Assembly: GCA_964035545.1 (NCBI GenBank)
Contig: OZ037771.1
Location: 13,949,133-14,013,132, forward strand
DNA: 64,000 bases
Source: Bugula neritina
Taxonomy: Eukaryota; Animalia; Bryozoa
Direction of reading: 5' to 3'
Below the pieces are notes generated by a model. It saw nothing but the letters and a program-made list of their open reading frames with translations, did no database searches and was not told where the DNA came from. Of this stretch, positions 1-12,127 are shown piece after piece; positions within the stretch are counted from its first letter, which is position 1; each line of letters begins with the position of its first letter. Both the position numbers and the translations under genes were made by a program.

Positions 1-122
1 GTAGAATAACTATTGATGTTTGTAAAAAGCAGTAGATATTCGAACCGTATAAGCTGACAATCATTGTTAATGTTACAGTTATACATGATAATACCATCAA
101 CATGATTAGAGGGATTACTTAC

Positions 123-192
123 ACAGACATATGACGTAGGCATAGCCGTAGTCCTTACGATTCTCAATCAAACACTCTGGATACCACACCAT
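123..192 (-). CDS. Probable first coding exon of an SLC16/monocarboxylate-transporter-like gene continuing off the left edge (MVWYPECLIENRKDYGYAYVICL)
   Basis: ATG in aagATGg context at 192; donor GTAAGT at 122-117; NAGNAG acceptor (tag/cag) at ~240; KDYGYAYVICL resembles the SLC16 N-terminal D-x-G-[WY]-[GA]-W-V-I motif that precedes TM1. Only 23 codons are visible, so the family call is inference. Confidence 0.35.
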
Positions 193-1996
193 CTTGGAGA
201 GATTCGTGGAGAGACAGGAGACCCAGGTGAGAGAGAACTGCTACTAGCACCGATTTTAGAGTTTATTATATTTAGCAAGAATTTGTTATTACTCTACTTC
301 CAACAATCTTCATCATGTAGCACAGCATAACGTAACAATTGTTTTAATATTTGTTGGGACATTCCAACAGCATTGAAAGCGTTTGTTACATTATGTTACT
401 AATATGCAAGCACACACTATTAAGCTTTATTTGGAGTTTTATAGCTATGTAAGCTATTTTATGCTTTTCTGTATTTTGTATAACACAGCTTATAGTTACC
501 GCAAAAAATCTAACTTTTAGACTATTACATAAACCCAGCACTTAATGTCATTCATTCTTTTGTGGTCAATGCATCTCTATTAATCTTTCTCATTAATATT
601 CAACATTATTGGAGGTAAATGGAAATTGTGAGGATAACTTTATTAAGTTGTTTATTTTCACAGGATGTTACAAAATCAGTTCTAGTAAAGACAAAACACA
701 GATGAGTCATAAATTTCAAAAAAGCTCATGTTTGTGAACTTCACCCAAAGAGATATATTGTCCAAATATAGAATAAACGCAAGTATTTATAAAAACAGCA
801 TAAATAATTGAAAATATAATTTAGAAACTAACGAGACACGGCAAACAACTAAGCTAATTTTCAGCAGTTACATCTAAATATAGAAATTAAGTAGATGTAT
901 ATATATAAAGAGAATTTAGAGAAACTTAAAAATACAAACAATGTACTTTGTGATATAAGATTATGGTTACAAATATTAGTTCAGATGTTAGCAAATAAAA
1001 ATGCAGAAAGACATAATATAATAGAAATATATTATATTATACACAAAACACCAGGCATATTTAAAGTTGTTTAACCTGAGGAACTTATTAAAGGCAGTGG
1101 GCACACAACTCCAGGTAATGTAAAAATAGTATCTATTGCAAATGCTGTATTGTAAAACAGTAGAGAAAGTAAATTACTTTCAACTAAATATCCATATTGC
1201 AAATTCTATCAAACCAAACCCTAACCAACATAATGAAGTTAGTAAATAGAATAGCTAACAGCCGTAAAGTTTATATTCTGAATTAGACTGACATTCTATT
1301 TAGTCAATGCATCATAATTATAGACATTAATTTGAATAATAAGTTGAAAAAAATTTAAAAACATAATTTTTAAGAAACTAACAAGCTCGCTGAACCTTTC
1401 ATTCTTCAGTAACAGAAGTGATAGTGGAACAGCCAATCATAACCATTCTACTGTTTGGGTGTCCAATCAAAGCAGCTAATGTATTTCTGGAACAATTTGA
1501 GTTGTGTCTATCCCAGTGTTACTGCAACAAATATATATATTGAATACTTGCAAGGATATAGAATATCTAACTGGAGGAATCGGACTTCTAGTGGAAATAA
1601 GCTCCATTTCCATAAAAACCAAAGAGGAAAGTTTCTATATAGTTGGATACTAAAAGCAGTTTAATCAGAATGCAAGGGTTGTGTGAAACTTTGATAAGGA
1701 AATACCATTACGCTACAGATCTAACAACATATTAGATTGGCTAATGCATTGAGTGTGCAAACGACATTGGACAATTGTTTACAGTCAATAACAATGTCGG
1801 TAACAGCAGAGAAAATCTGTAGCAGCAGAGAAAATATGTAGCAGCATTCAACCACAGATAAATGAGCTTGGTAAGCAGAAATGTTAACCAGAGCCAAGAC
1901 TTGGACAACTCTGGACTCCCCAAACCTTGTTAGATTTACTCAATCAGCCAGACATGGAGTTTACTAATAGAAGCCCTTAGCCAATCAAGAGTGAGG

Positions 1997-2592
1997 TAGG
2001 TGCAGTAATAAAGAAATTGAGAAAAGCCTGTGTTCTAGATAAAAAATGTAGCAAAAGAAGTTATGTTCCAGCAAGAATTTCAACCTGCGCCCCAAACCAA
2101 AAGATATGAAGAAATTTAGAGAACTTACGCTATAGTTGCGTTTATACCTCTGCTGAAAAAATTACTGAGTTTAAGTTAATAACACTCGTCCGAGTACCCC
2201 TTTATAGTCAAACTGAAACTCGTTGAAATCACATTGATGCGGTTGCTCACTTTCTGAAATTGAAATTTGACTCGCATAATAGCTATTTGATGCCCTTTGT
2301 AAACGTCGTCAATTAGTGAAGCGGACAGCATAAAAACAATAATTGAGAAGGCGTAGGCTATATAATTATTACCGTATAAGTACGTTGTCTATTCGCCAAA
2401 TTATTAACTGAATGTTTACAAGGAGTTATTACTCCTATTCTGATTAAGTTATCACAGTACAAAAATTTTTCCGAGTGGCTTTTACAATGCAATAAAACTC
2501 GGAGAAATTTCAACCCGGCCAAATGGAATTTCTGACCGAAAATCGTGAAGGTATAAAGGCAACTTTACTCAAATTCTCCACCACTGCTCCTA
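1997..2592 (+). mobile_element. MITE family A copy 1 (TIR TAGGTGCAGTA...CACTGCTCCTA), interrupted by a nested element
   Basis: Terminal inverted repeats plus internal similarity (aaatgtagcaaaagaagttatgtt, gcgccccaaaccaaaa) to copies at 30762, 31720 and 32212. Confidence 0.75.
2133..2565. mobile_element. Nested 433-bp non-autonomous TIR element with TA target-site duplication (Tc1/mariner-like MITE)
   Basis: Left end tagttgcgtttatacct vs reverse complement of right end aagttgcctttatacct (15/17); TA at 2131-2132 and 2566-2567; removing it restores the MITE-A sequence. Confidence 0.7.
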
Positions 2593-2887
2593 AATGTCAA
2601 GAGTTACTGTGAGATAAGACGATTACATCATGTTTGATAGTTTTCCCACTTAGATATCTCATGGTGAGCATAACTCCATGTAACAAGTTAATCACAGACT
2701 GGCTGATTGCGCCATCAAGCACCAAATACAGCACTAGCACACTACCTATCAGCTGGATAGGAAATTAAACAGCATTCAAGGTCACCTGGAGGTCGAACAT
2801 TATATTATTTAAACAATTCTGAAGTAAAAGCAGAAAATGGATCAAGAAAGCATATTGCATAGCAGCGAAGATAATATACTAAAAAGA

Positions 2888-2889
<2 letters not shown>

Positions 2890-2940
<51 letters not shown>
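2890..2940. repeat. (TA)n microsatellite
   Basis: Seen directly. Confidence 0.95.
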
Positions 2941-4274
2941 ATATTATACGCAAAGGTGAACTAAGTGTACAGGTGTAACTAGCAAGGTGTACCAGCTGGG
3001 ATTGTACCACCTCGAAGTGATAAACCAGCAGGTGAGTGAGTTGAAGACTCTATAATATCCATACTTCTACTGCAAACAGCTTTGTTTAACAGTGGAAGAT
3101 TATGCTTAGTGAGTAGAGAGGTTGGACTGACAAGAGCAAAAAACTCTCAACATTATCATAATGTACTATAACATAAGTAACTGAGTTACACATATGGCTA
3201 AAGTCTAAACCCTTGGAGTGAGTATATCTTTCACAGTGTGTTAACAAATAAACATCTTAATACTGAAACTTTGCCTTGAAAAGATAATTTATTAAAAAGA
3301 GCTCAACATTCTACTCAAAGTTACAAAAAGACAAGAGAGAGTAGACATCTATCTCATATGACTAGCATAGACATGAGTGGAATCTGCCATTTTGAAAAAC
3401 ATGTCCACCTACACACTTTACAGAGTTTGATCATTAAGGAAGATCAGTAACCAAGGCAACTGATTAGATACATTGTAGAGTAGAAACATTCCACTGTATG
3501 ATGTGTGAATAGAGTGTGTGGGCGTGAACATTCCTTTAAGCTATGAGTGTACAGGTCAGGTGACCTAGGATTACCTGCTAGGTGCTAGTTATAGTCTAGT
3601 ATATATATACTATACACTAGTCTACTAGTATATATACTACACACTTGTGAACTGTGAAGAAATAGAGTTAGATTAGTGTGTTTGACCTTCACCTTTAGAG
3701 TGAGATTTAACTGCCTAGTGCTTAATGCTCAGAAACGTAAAACTGGATTAAACTTTGACAAATACTGATTGATTTTCATTGAAGCTGCTGCAGTATATTA
3801 GACAGAGCAGTGGAATAGATGCAGAGACCTTACAACTACAGTGTTAGTATACAGTACTACATTTATGAGCCGACATGTAGAGAAGATAACCCTTAGCCCC
3901 ATGCATTTAGCTACAAACACATCTAGCAACCTGTGATATGGGTGTGAACACTACAGAGCAGTACATCTAGTTAATCTCAGGGGTTATCAACGCCTCCGTA
4001 GTTTTATTATATGGTGGAGGGTTATCCTCAACGTCCCTGAAATGTTACACATAACTTTGAAGATCACAGGCTATTTGGAGAAACAACTGCAGCCTTAGCT
4101 GATAGATAGCGCAGAGTTAATTGCTAATGTAAACAGTAGATAACAGGCTGGGCTGGTCTCCTGTGTGGAACTCAAGCTATAAAGTTGAAATAACGAATAA
4201 ATGTTACAGAAAAAGAAACATGCTCAGAAAATTAAAACATGATTACGAAGAAATGTCTCTACCAGCATCTTTCG

Positions 4275-5646
4275 TTAGGTTGAGCTGCAGTTACAACTTC
4301 ATTCAAATCTGTTTCTGCTTTCAACTCAAATGATTCATAAAACTAAACGTATTTGCTGAAGTATTTTGATGGTACTTTGTATAATATGATTATGTATATA
4401 GTTATACAAAACATTTAAATATGACTACAGATGTTACTGTCCCATATCATGTTACCCACCTACATATTACTGGTAAGAAGAGAATATAGAATACTACTGT
4501 ATCATAACTCACGGAGCAGCAGCGGGTGTAGGGTTCGCCTCAGGGTGGTGGGGATTCGGGGTGTTCCCCCAGTCCTGCTGTGGGTAGGGCGCAGTTCCAT
4601 ATGAGTATGTCTTGGGATGGAAAGGCTGTAAACATAGTTTAGTATTTACTTTTGCTGTACAATAAATAAATCTAGGCCTGCATTGCATAGGCATTCAGTA
4701 TAAAAACAACTTTTTAGCAGTTTTTACAGGATATAAATGTGAATATTCTGAACCTCTGACACTGTATGTTTCTTATATGTGACTAATGTATGACTCATCC
4801 GAATGTACATACACTTACTATAACTTACAATACTTACATGTACTAGATACACTTACCTTTGACCCTTTTCCAGACATCCTCCTGTACGTGACAACTAGCA
4901 GTATCACTAGACATACGCCGATACACACCAACAGAGCACCGAGACCAAGGAAGGCAAATCCTGTGTATGTTAAATTCCTGCAACCATCACAAGTGAATTC
5001 ATAATAATGTAAGACAATGTGATAAGAAGTAACTTACAGGAAGTGAATAAGGAAATGAATTCTGATATAATAAAAGTTTTGAATGCGATCATTTCAAACG
5101 AGATTAAATAAAAAAATAGAAATAAGCAAGAAATGAACAAGACAAGAGTTGCCCAATCTTATTTGACACACCCACAGGCTTTGACTCAATTAGTTTAGTC
5201 ATTTCATTTAGCTGTATAGATTAAAACACCTTTCAGCTACATAGGCAACTGTTCGCTGTATATATATATGGAACAACTTTGCTCACTTATGTATTATAAT
5301 ACAATGAATACTGAATGAAGTAATTTTAAATTTTCTACTGAGAAAAATCGTGTGAGAAATTATTACCAGACACTTGAGACCAAATAGCAAAGCTTAGCAT
5401 GAGAACTTTCTATTAAACTTACTTGGCAGCGGCTTGCTTAGGTGCTGCTCTGGTATAGTTGGAGCCAAGGCTACTAGCGAAATAGCCCAATAGAACTGCT
5501 CCTACTATGAGGGATATGATGGCAGCGACGTTACACCATACGCAGCAGCATGCAAATTTCTTGCATCTTTTCTTCTCCTTCTTTTGCCTCTCGGCCAATG
5601 TGGCCGCCGCTGATGAACTAACGTTATGAGAGTCGGAATTGCCCAT
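4275..5646 (-). CDS. Small unassigned two-transmembrane protein, ~152-154 aa; exons 5646-5423, 4977-4857, 4625-4513, then either read-through stop (CCG TGA at 4509) or a short last exon 4284-4275 (P-S-T-stop)
   Basis: Phase-consistent GT-AG junctions (phase 2, 0, 2); MGNSDS start, KKEKKRCKK, CCCVWC, TM1 VAAIISLIVGAVLLGYFA, TM2 GFAFLGLGALLVCIGVCLVILLVVTY, Pro-rich tail. An acceptor at 5663 upstream of the ATG implies a 5' UTR exon. Confidence 0.75.
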
Positions 5647-8600
5647 AGTTTTAAAATAAGATCTGTAACAGTGAATGATTTTCAGCTATTGATTATAAGT
5701 TTTTAAATGTTAAACGCTGCTTATTTCAATTTAAATGCCTGAATGTTGCACAAAAGTGGCGGGAAGTGTAAAATGACCTTTTGTCGTACCAAAATATAAA
5801 TGGGAGGGCAAATGTGATAAATGAACAAGTTAAAAATTAGAAGCTAGAATAAATTTATATTCATAATTTAGTAATGAATAAAAATATGATCAATAAAAAG
5901 TAAATATTTTAGGGCCTTTTACACACATTCATATTGATAATGGTGCAAGTGAACAAAACTGACCATGATTACTTTACTCATTAATACTGCCACTGTTCCA
6001 TATTCTCCATCATGATAATTATACTAATACTTATAAACACCTGTGCCAGCAGCTTTTAAAACGTTCAGCAAGAAAAATGAAAACTACAGCATGGTTATCA
6101 GTCATTATGATATCGTTATTTATCAATTAATTCTAATTATTTATAACTGAAATTAAATTTTCAACTCTTTAAAACAAGAGTAACTGTAAGTCTATTATAT
6201 TTCTCCAAAACAATCTATACCTAGTTAGCCTAGTTACTAACTTAAAAATAGATAAATTTGAAGTTAATAACTATACGTTAATTGAAGTATACATATAAAT
6301 ATATACCGGGCAGTTAATTTTTTAAGTATTTAAACAGCGATGATGTTGATCAACAAAAATATATAATCATAATTACTTGACCAGTAAATTCTACAATTAA
6401 ATTATTAATCAAATTTAATGAATATTAAAATCAAAATTCCAGAGGTTAATACTCAACAAATTCATTTGAATTATATCAGAGTGAGAGTGACTCGGTTGCA
6501 TCAGTGACCAGTATGAGTATAACTACGATTATTATGTATAATCATAATTACAAGTATATAACAGTTACAGACTGTATTACTATTAGTATTAGTATAATTA
6601 ACATTATGTTTAAACACAGTCTCAGTCTGCAAAGGCTACGCCTACAGTCCTACACTATATTGGCACTATCACTATGATTATCATTATCAGTATCACATAG
6701 GCACTACTACACAGACGCATAATCTATTATTATAACTATAAGTATAAGTATAAATATGAGCATCAGCATGACTGTAAGTGTGCGACTATGAGTATGACTA
6801 GCGTTAGGCTTATGGGCAAGTCTAGTAGTAGTAGCTAGCTGTGCCTGTGCTACACCAAAGGCTAGTACTAGTAGTATTACTACTACTACTAGTAGTACTA
6901 GTAGTATAACTATAAGTATTACTAAAACTGTACTACTACAGTATTATTATTACTATTAGTATAACTATAAGCATAAGTATAAGTATCAAGTATAAAATAT
7001 AAATATAACTTAATAAAGTAACGTAATAGATGAGTGTAACATCAAGTGTAACTATAAGAGTAAGAGTGAGTCAGGAACTGTAAGTGTAAGAGTTTCTGTA
7101 ACTCAAACTGAAACAGCTTGACTTGGAGTTGGACTTCACCCGACTTGAACTTGGAGTGTAAAAATATCTTCAATCTCAATCTGAATCTGAATCTTTTACT
7201 TTTAGTTTTACTTTTAGTTTTAGGTTGATGGGTAGTTAATGTTATAATGAAAATAATAAATAGAAATGCAACGCAAAACAATCCTGAACAAACTTCAATA
7301 AAATAAAAATTAAAGACTAAAACGTGCAATTGTCACTACTGAAAGTCACTTTAAGTCTATGAAACCTGAATAAATCAACTTGCAATCACTGAGCCACACC
7401 TGAAATTCTTGTACTTTACGAACTGTTTGTTTTTTGGGTCATATGTAGCCAGGTTCTCTGCAGGTTTTCTACGATGTCCCTAGTTTTGAAAAACAATCTA
7501 AAGCAAGGATTTTAGGCTTAGGTAAAGCGCGGACGTGGAAAGATAACTCTTAATTAACATAACAGCTTCGCCATGTGCCCAGAATGCAAGCTTAACTTAG
7601 GTAATAATAATATGGACTTGGCCTTGGTAAAAGTATAAGGACTGGCGTTTGCATTATTTGCAGTTATTGTAGTATAATTTATGGTTGTCATAACATATGA
7701 TACTCTCGTTTGGTTAAAGCTACAGTATGTTCATAATTATATAATTTTTGTAGCCTTGACCCTGTTTTTGATGTAGATTAACGATATTTTGTGGTTTTAC
7801 GCTCTAATTTTTACATTTGTATTGTACATGCAGTTCTAACAATTTTATAATAGTTATATTAATGTGGATCATCATTATGGTATTACTGTGATTAGTTACC
7901 TGCCTTAGTCACATTTCATCAATTAAATAACAAAACTCCCTTCACATGCACGAGTTTCAGAGTTTATACTCTTATTTATGATTTAAACTTTAGCTGTAAA
8001 CTATATTATTATGTAATTATTCAATGTCTACAAATGCACAAACTTGAAGTCTAGAATTGAAACATGTATGGGAGATAAATTATAACAAAAGATGGAGTTC
8101 TCAGCAGAATTATTACTATGGCCGACTAGTAACGGTAAAATGAGCGAGAATAAAGTTAGAAAATAAATCTGACATATATTGGGCTAAAATGACTGTATTC
8201 AATACCAAATATATATATATACATAAATACATAGACAACCATATTATCGTGTATGTACTTTAGTAGGCTGAAAATGCCTTGCGTAGAAAAATAACTTTAC
8301 TATATTATGTAATATTAGACTTGAGCATATGCTGTGCACACAACACTGAAAAGCAGCAACCCCTGGAGCTTAACAGCCAAATAGAAACGGAATACGTGTA
8401 AAATCTCAGCGGACTAGCTAGACCCTCATGCGACTGAATTACCTAACATAAAATACGGATAACATAAAATACAGATAACATAAAACTGTTTAGTGGCTAA
8501 AAAAGTCAAAACACAAAAGTTGATAAAATAAAATGAAGTAATTAAATGTTTGACAATTGAAACACAAAACGTGAACCAGTAGGCTAACTGGTTGCAGGAT

Positions 8601-8707
8601 AAAAATGAGTCAGTATTTTGGCAAATTATACATAAGCATTACACTGTTCCATAGGTAAAGAAAATGACAATACATAGAAGAGAGGCTACACAGAGAGCGC
8701 ACTGAGG

Positions 8708-8883
8708 CTACACTTTGCCACTTATAACGTCATCGTAGGAAGGAAGCACAACGTTGGCGTTGTCCTCCTCGCTGTCCACGGCATCTGGCGCAGACGGCTC
8801 CGTGACAGGAAGTACGGAGGAGAGGGCGTCGTCAAGAGAGGGGTAGATGTTTGTGGGTAGATCTCCGGCGGCCAGGTTATTAC
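8708..8883 (-). CDS. Arrestin gene exon 9, last coding exon (YPSL, PSAP, LPSY; stop TAG)
   Basis: ccttgcag acceptor, phase 1, ends ...VLPSYDDVISGKV*. Confidence 0.88.
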
Positions 8884-9142
8884 CTGCAAGGTAACACAAC
8901 TGAGTTAGAGAAGTAATAAGAAGGATTACATGAAATGAAGAGCTAAAGGAGTAGGGAAGTGGGCATACAGTTGGTATAACATGTTGGATTCTCTAACATC
9001 AGTATTATATCACAGTTTCTAGTTAGTCACTATACAAGTGATCTACTCTGAGTAGTACTACTAGTAGTAGGGGTTTAGTAGTAGTAGCAGTAGTAGTACT
9101 AGTAGCAGCAGTAGTAATAGTAGTACTACTAGTAGTAGTAGC

Positions 9143-9174
<32 letters not shown>

Positions 9175-9175
9175 C

Positions 9176-9212
<37 letters not shown>

Positions 9213-9630
9213 ATAGTAGTAGTAGTAACAGTAGTAGTAGCAGTAGTAGCAGTAGTAGTAGTAGTAGCAGTAGTAGTAGTAGTAGTAGTAGCAGTAGTAG
9301 TAGTAGTAGTAATAGTAGTAGTAGTAACAGTAGTAGTAGCAGTAGTAGCAGTAGTAGTAGTAGTAGTAGCAGTAGTAGCAGTAGTAGTAGTAGTAGCAGT
9401 AGTAGTAGTAGTAATAGTAGTAGTAGTAACAGTAGTAGTAGCAGTAGTAGCAGTAGTAGTAGTAGTAGTAGTAGCAGTAGTAGTAGTAGTAGTAGTAGCA
9501 GTAATAGTAGTAGTAGTAGTAGTAATAGTAGTAGTAGCAGTAGTAGTAGTAGTAGTATTACTAGTAATAGTAGTAGTAGTAGTAGTAGCGGTAATAGTAG
9601 TAGTACTAGTAGTAGCAGTAGTAGCAGTAG

Positions 9631-9691
<61 letters not shown>

Positions 9692-9759
9692 CGGTAATAG
9701 TAGTAGTACTAGTAGTAGCAGTAGTAGCAGTAGGTAGTAGTAGTAGTAGTAGTAGTAGC

Positions 9760-9823
<64 letters not shown>

Positions 9824-12092
9824 CTAGTAACAGTACCCCACTGTCTGTAGGAAGAGACTAGAGCTAGTAACAGCTGACTTACTAGGACCGGCAGCAATCT
9901 GAAACTCCTGGTAGCTCTGGGAGGGGGCTTGCAGTGCATAAGAGGGTGGATACTGGGACAGCGTCCGGGGAGGGGCGATGGTGATGGAGAAGGTCGCTGA
10001 CTTTGTCTTGCTGTCGCTTAACACCCCTTGAGTTATAAACGACACCTGCATAGACATAGAGAGAATGTTACACATAGACATAGAGAGAATATTATACATA
10101 GACATAGAGAGAATACTATACATAGACATAGAGAGAATATTATACATAGACATAGAGAGAATATTACACATAGACATAGAGAGAATATTATACATAGACA
10201 TAGAGAGAATACTATACATAGACATAGAGAGAATATAATACATAGACATAGAGAGAATATTATACATAGACATAGAGAGAATATTATACATAGACATAGA
10301 GAGAATATAATACATAGACATAGAGAGAATATTATACATAGACATAGAGAGAATATTATACATAGACATAGAGAGAATATAATACATAGACATAGAGAGA
10401 ATACTATACATAGACATAGAGAGAATATAATACATAGACATAGAGAGAATATTATACATAGACATAGAGAGAATACTATACATAGACATAGAGAGAACAT
10501 TATACATAGACATAGAGAGAATATTATACATAGACATAGAGAGAACATTATACATAGACATAGAGAGGATATCATACATAGACATGAAGAGAATACTATA
10601 CATAGACATAGATACTACACTGAATATACAGCTATAGACTCACATATGCTAGATACTCGATGTCTATGAGATCGTGTTTGGTTGTCGGCTCCATCAGATT
10701 TAGAGGGATGTCAACTTCAAACTCCTCGGAGCTCTTCTTGGGCACCTTGAAGAAACTGCTCCACCTGTCCGTTACCACGGTTACGTTGCTCTTTGTCTGA
10801 TTGATTTTGATTAGTCCAAACTCTAGCGCACCGTGACCGACTATCGTCTGGAAGAGACACCAGAAAACTGTGTCAATTATTTCGAACAAATCTGCTTCTC
10901 AGATCAAACTCTGGCAAGTTGAAAGACTTTGTGAAACTAAACAAGATTTTCAGGAGTGAATGAGAGGTAGCATAGAAGCAAAATGAATATAATATATAAA
11001 CGCAGACATACCCTGACGACGCGAATTCCAACTTTCACTTTGCGGCTAGACGAAGTTGGGTTTTCTACTACACCCCCGACAACGAGCTTCTGTCCGAGAT
11101 AGAACCCAGTCTTAGGCAGGGAGATGAGAGCACTAAGGCTATTAAACTGCAGGGTCTTTTCAGAACAAGCCTAAATATGAATACAGATAATAAACACAAT
11201 GTATGAACCTACATGTATACACCATGATAAACATATGGCCTAATGTATATGGAGGAATAAGTTCATCATATCAAATATATGATATATCCCGCTACCTGAA
11301 CAGGACAAAGAGGAGATAAGTGAGAAAAAATACATGATATACTATACAGTAGAATATTCATCAACAAATAATATGTACAGTTAGTATTATACAACACACA
11401 AACCATAATATTGTAAAGCTTGCACATAAGTGCATACATTTACATCACATTTTATGGGTAGCAAATTATTCAACCTATAGCATATGCAGTAATAGTATGG
11501 CATATGATATTTATATGCAATAAAATAGTATTTATAATACATTAATACAATGTAGTAAAATAATATAGTTACTGATTAACATATATAATTTGCTATCATT
11601 GTTATAATAGATATAATAATTATTATATAATATATATTTTATTAATTAGAGTTATATTATGATATACAATTATATATTATGATTAGTAATATTAGTAATG
11701 TATGTAATTCACAATGCTGGAAATAACATTATCAGCACAATTTCCTGCCAATACACATATACCTGAGTCCTGACACAGGCATAATACTGCACAGTATAAA
11801 ATATATAGAGTAGAATCAAGGGGACACAACCCTCATAAGTAACATAATTATATAGTTACATGTACATCATTCCTAGAATAAAATAACCGCATAGTTAACT
11901 GCTAAAAATCTTTAAAAAGCAGTATCTTAACTTGTATATAATATAAAACACACAGTAGCAGAGATAGTAGTAGTATAATAGTAGTGGTAGTACTAGTACT
12001 AGCGCGCTAGCAGTAGCAGTAGTAGTAGCAGTAGTAGTAGCAGTGGTAGTAGTAGTAGTAGCAGTAGTAGTAGTAGTAGTAGTAGTAGTAGC

Positions 12093-12127
<35 letters not shown>

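Noticed and set aside
1455-1923. Possible LINE 3'-end remnant (W...KL.F.K..F pattern, CxxC)
   Set aside because: Resemblance too weak and broken by stops; needs BLASTX.
9709-10669. Long ORFs of 180-261 aa (MSMYNILS-, HRHRENII-, SLCLCIIF- repeats; poly-Thr)
   Set aside because: Translations of the 24-bp and (TAG)n repeats; only 10045-9883 and the end of exon 7 are real arrestin coding sequence.
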